Source of the DNA: a virus
Taxonomy: Duplodnaviria; Heunggongvirae; Uroviricota; Caudoviricetes
IMG/VR virus record: IMGVR_UViG_2728369553_000012
Reading direction: 5' to 3' (one strand)
DNA: 29,305 nt
This document shows positions 27,002 to 29,305 of this stretch, one piece after another. Within the stretch, counting starts at the first letter, position 1, and the number at the start of each line of letters is the position of its first letter. A program made the translations under genes and the position numbers. The notes beneath the pieces are model-generated. The model was not told where the DNA came from. It saw only the letters and a list, made by a program, of their open reading frames with translations, and ran no database searches.

Positions 27002-28222
27002 TGCTGGATGCACTGACATTTGATGCAGGCAGTACGCTGACGCCGGATTACATGCTGATGCTCGACAGCAGGGATATTACCGGCAATATCAGCGACCGTC
27101 TGATGAGCATGACCCTGACGGATAACCGGGGCTTTGAGGCTGACCAGCTTGATATTGAACTGAACGATGCCGACGGGCAGGTCGGGCTGCCGGTTCGTGG
27201 CGCTGTCCTGACGGTGTATATCGGCTGGAAAGGTTTTGCCCTGGTATGCAAAGGGAAATTTACCGTTGATGAGGTTGAACACCGGGGCGCACCGGATGTG
27301 GTCACCATCCGCGCCCGGAGTGCAGATTTTCGCGGGACGCTCAATTCCCGCCGTGAAGGCTCATGGCATGACACCACGCTCGGTGCGATTGTTGAGGCGA
27401 TAGCCTCCCGTAATAAGCTGGAANNNNNNNNNNNNNNNNNNNNNNNNNNNNNNNNNNNNNNNNNNNNNNNNNNNNNNNNNNNNCAGTGTCGCGCCGTCAC
27501 TGGCAGGAATTAAAATCCCGCACATCGACCAGTCGCAGGAGTCTGATGCGAAATTCCTGACCCGTCTTGCAGAACGCAACGGCGGTGAGGTGTCGGTAAA
27601 AATGGGAAAACTGTTGTTTCTCAAAGCGGGGCAGGGGGTGACGGCCAGCGGTAAAAAAATCCCGCAGATTACCATCACCCGCAGCGACGGCGACCGCCAT
27701 CATTTTGCGATTGCTGACCGTGGAGCCTATACCGGCGTAACGGCAAAGTGGTTACACACCAAAGACCCGAAGCCACAAAAGCAGAAGGTAAAACTGAAAC
27801 GCAAAAAGAAAGAGAAACACCTGCGCGCACTGGAGCACCCGAAAGCGAAACCAGTCACGCAGAAGAAAGCGCCAAAAGTACCGGAAGCGCGCGAAGGTGA
27901 ATACATGGCAGGTGAGGCTGACAACGTTTTTGCCCTGACCACGGTATATGCCACGAAAGCGCAGGCCATGCGCGCCGCTCAGGCGAAGTGGGATAAGCTG
28001 CAACGGGGTGTTGCGGAATTCTCCATCAGTCTGGCTACTGGTCGGGCAGATATTTATACGGAAACGCCGGTCAAAGTGTCAGGCTTTAAGCGCGTCATAG
28101 ACGAGCAGGACTGGACAATCACTAAGGTGACACATTTTCTGAATAATAGCGGCTTCACGACGTCCTTAGAGCTTGAGGTCAGGCTTTCTGATGTGGAGTA
28201 CGAAACAGAAGATGATGAATGA
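27001..28222 (+). CDS. D: Tail protein D / late control gene D (P2 gpD-like), interrupted by an N run
   Basis: Last large late gene before ogr; N run 27424-27483; about 387 aa expected. Confidence 0.8.
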
Positions 28223-28304
28223 TGTTTTTTATTTTATCTGTTTGTTTTATAAGGATAAATTAACTAAAATGGCACCATCAACAAAACCGGAAGAGGTGCT
28301 CGCG

Positions 28305-28523
28305 ATGTTTCATTGTCCTTTATGCCAGCATGCCGCACATGCGCGTACAAGTCGCTATATCACTGACACGACAAAAGAGCGTTATCACCAGTGCCAGAAC
28401 GTGAATTGCAGCGCCACGTTCATCACTTATGAGTCGGTACAGCGATACATCGTGAAGCCGGGAGAAGTCCACGCCGTAAAACCGCACCCGTTGCCGTCAG
28501 GGCAGCAAATTATGTGGATGTAA
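28305..28523 (+). CDS. ogr: Late-gene transcription activator Ogr (zinc finger)
   Basis: MFHCPLCQHAAHARTSRYITDTTKERYHQCQNVNCSATFITYESVQRYIVKPGEVHAVKPHPLPSGQQIMWM: 72 aa, near-identical to P2 Ogr as I recall it, with the CxxC...CxxxxC zinc finger. AAGAGG ribosome-binding site upstream of the ATG at 28305. Confidence 0.9.
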   Translation: MFHCPLCQHAAHARTSRYITDTTKERYHQCQNVNCSATFITYESVQRYIVKPGEVHAVKPHPLPSGQQIMWM

Positions 28524-28533
28524 TTACAAACAG

Positions 28534-28565
28534 AAAGCCCCTCAGTCGAGGGGCTTTCTGTTTTG
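28534..28565 (+). terminator. Rho-independent terminator after ogr
   Basis: AGCCCCTC-AGTC-GAGGGGCT hairpin followed by TTCTGTTTT. Confidence 0.7.
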
Positions 28566-28663
28566 GGGAATATTCTTCATTAAAAGTAGTGGATCACGTT
28601 TAATAAACTATGTTTATCATATACTTAAAAGTCAATCTTTAAAGTTGGACAGGTTGGTGGAAA

Positions 28664-29305
28664 ATGGAAAAAGTTATAATTGAGCTTGATAATCGTTGGG
28701 AGTTAGCTGATTTCGCGGTCTTAACGAAAGAGTATTTGCAGCTATATGGTTTTTTTTATGGCCTAAAAGGAGGATCAAGAGGATATTCAACAATGCCTTG
28801 GGAGGGTGGGCACAGTGTGGTGAACTTTTTTAGAGGGGCTTACAGTGCGACTCCACCAGATTTACGTCCTGTAGTGAAAAAAATTCAGTATGCCTCTCCT
28901 GGCTTTATTGAATTGTCTGCTCTTATTGATATCTCTTGGCAGATTGCTGAGTTAGTTACTGCTGTTGGTGGAAGTATTCTGGCTGCCAACAAAGTTTACG
29001 ATCAGGTGATGCGTACATATCGACAAAGAGAATGGGCAAAGTTGAAATCAGAGAAGCTGCGTATACAGAATCAAATTAAAGAGATTGAACTTGTTTCTGA
29101 CGCAGTTAAATCACTTGAATCTGTGATGGCACTTAGTGAAGAACAACGTAAAAACTTGGTTCAACTATCGGGGGCAGATGAACTGGTTCAGTTAAAGATA
29201 CTTTTGGCTGTTTACCGACGGTTATCTCCTCTTGTTGAGTTGCAAAACAGCGGGAAAGCTAATTTTTCTGCTGGGAAAAATAAAAATTTAAAAGCGTCCG
29301 ATTAA
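28664..29305 (+). CDS. Hypothetical 213-aa protein, AT-rich, beyond the ogr terminator
   Basis: Complete ORF with a GGTGG ribosome-binding site; much more AT-rich than the prophage; the C-terminal half looks coiled-coil-like. No recognisable catalytic motif. Lies outside the canonical P2 gene set. Confidence 0.55.
   Translation: MEKVIIELDNRWELADFAVLTKEYLQLYGFFYGLKGGSRGYSTMPWEGGHSVVNFFRGAYSATPPDLRPVVKKIQYASPGFIELSALIDISWQIAELVTAVGGSILAANKVYDQVMRTYRQREWAKLKSEKLRIQNQIKEIELVSDAVKSLESVMALSEEQRKNLVQLSGADELVQLKILLAVYRRLSPLVELQNSGKANFSAGKNKNLKASD

Noticed and set aside
28524-28663. Attachment-site core after ogr
   Set aside because: The P2 core sequence as I recall it is not present, and the partner site upstream of int lies outside the window, so no core can be defined from this sequence alone.
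1-29305. tRNA, rRNA or CRISPR array
   Set aside because: No cloverleaf-compatible conserved tRNA features and no regularly spaced repeat array were seen; the repeats present are single pairs.

Overview
The window is an almost complete P2-like (Peduovirus-type) prophage of an enterobacterium, in canonical prophage order from int (1..981, -) to ogr (28305..28523, +). It runs: int, C repressor, operator switch, cox, B, four small early ORFs, replication initiator A, a short AT-rich variable locus, cos, Q and P (leftward), then the rightward late operons O N M L X Y K lysA lysB lysC R S V W J I H G, an invertible tail-fibre cassette, FI FII E/E' T U D and ogr. Most product sizes match P2 proteins exactly from memory (e.g. 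Q 344, P 590, O 284, N 357, FI 396, FII 172, Ogr 72 aa); no database search was run. Six runs of N (53-76 nt) fall inside M, X, lysA, T, U and D and break their reading frames, so those coordinates are approximate. The parts that depart from the P2 backbone are the most interesting: (1) the A-cos locus, which in P2 holds tin/old, is here about 0.9 kb of AT-rich DNA with one 37-codon hydrophobic ORF behind a consensus AGGAGG site, a bidirectional terminator, direct repeats and hairpins; (2) the tail-fibre region is a Mu/P1-type invertible segment whose Gin/Pin-family invertase gene has an in-frame internal deletion; (3) an AT-rich 101-codon ORF sits inside the early operon; (4) an AT-rich 213-codon ORF of unknown function lies just past the ogr terminator. 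No tRNA, rRNA or CRISPR array was seen, and the attachment sites are not identifiable in the window.
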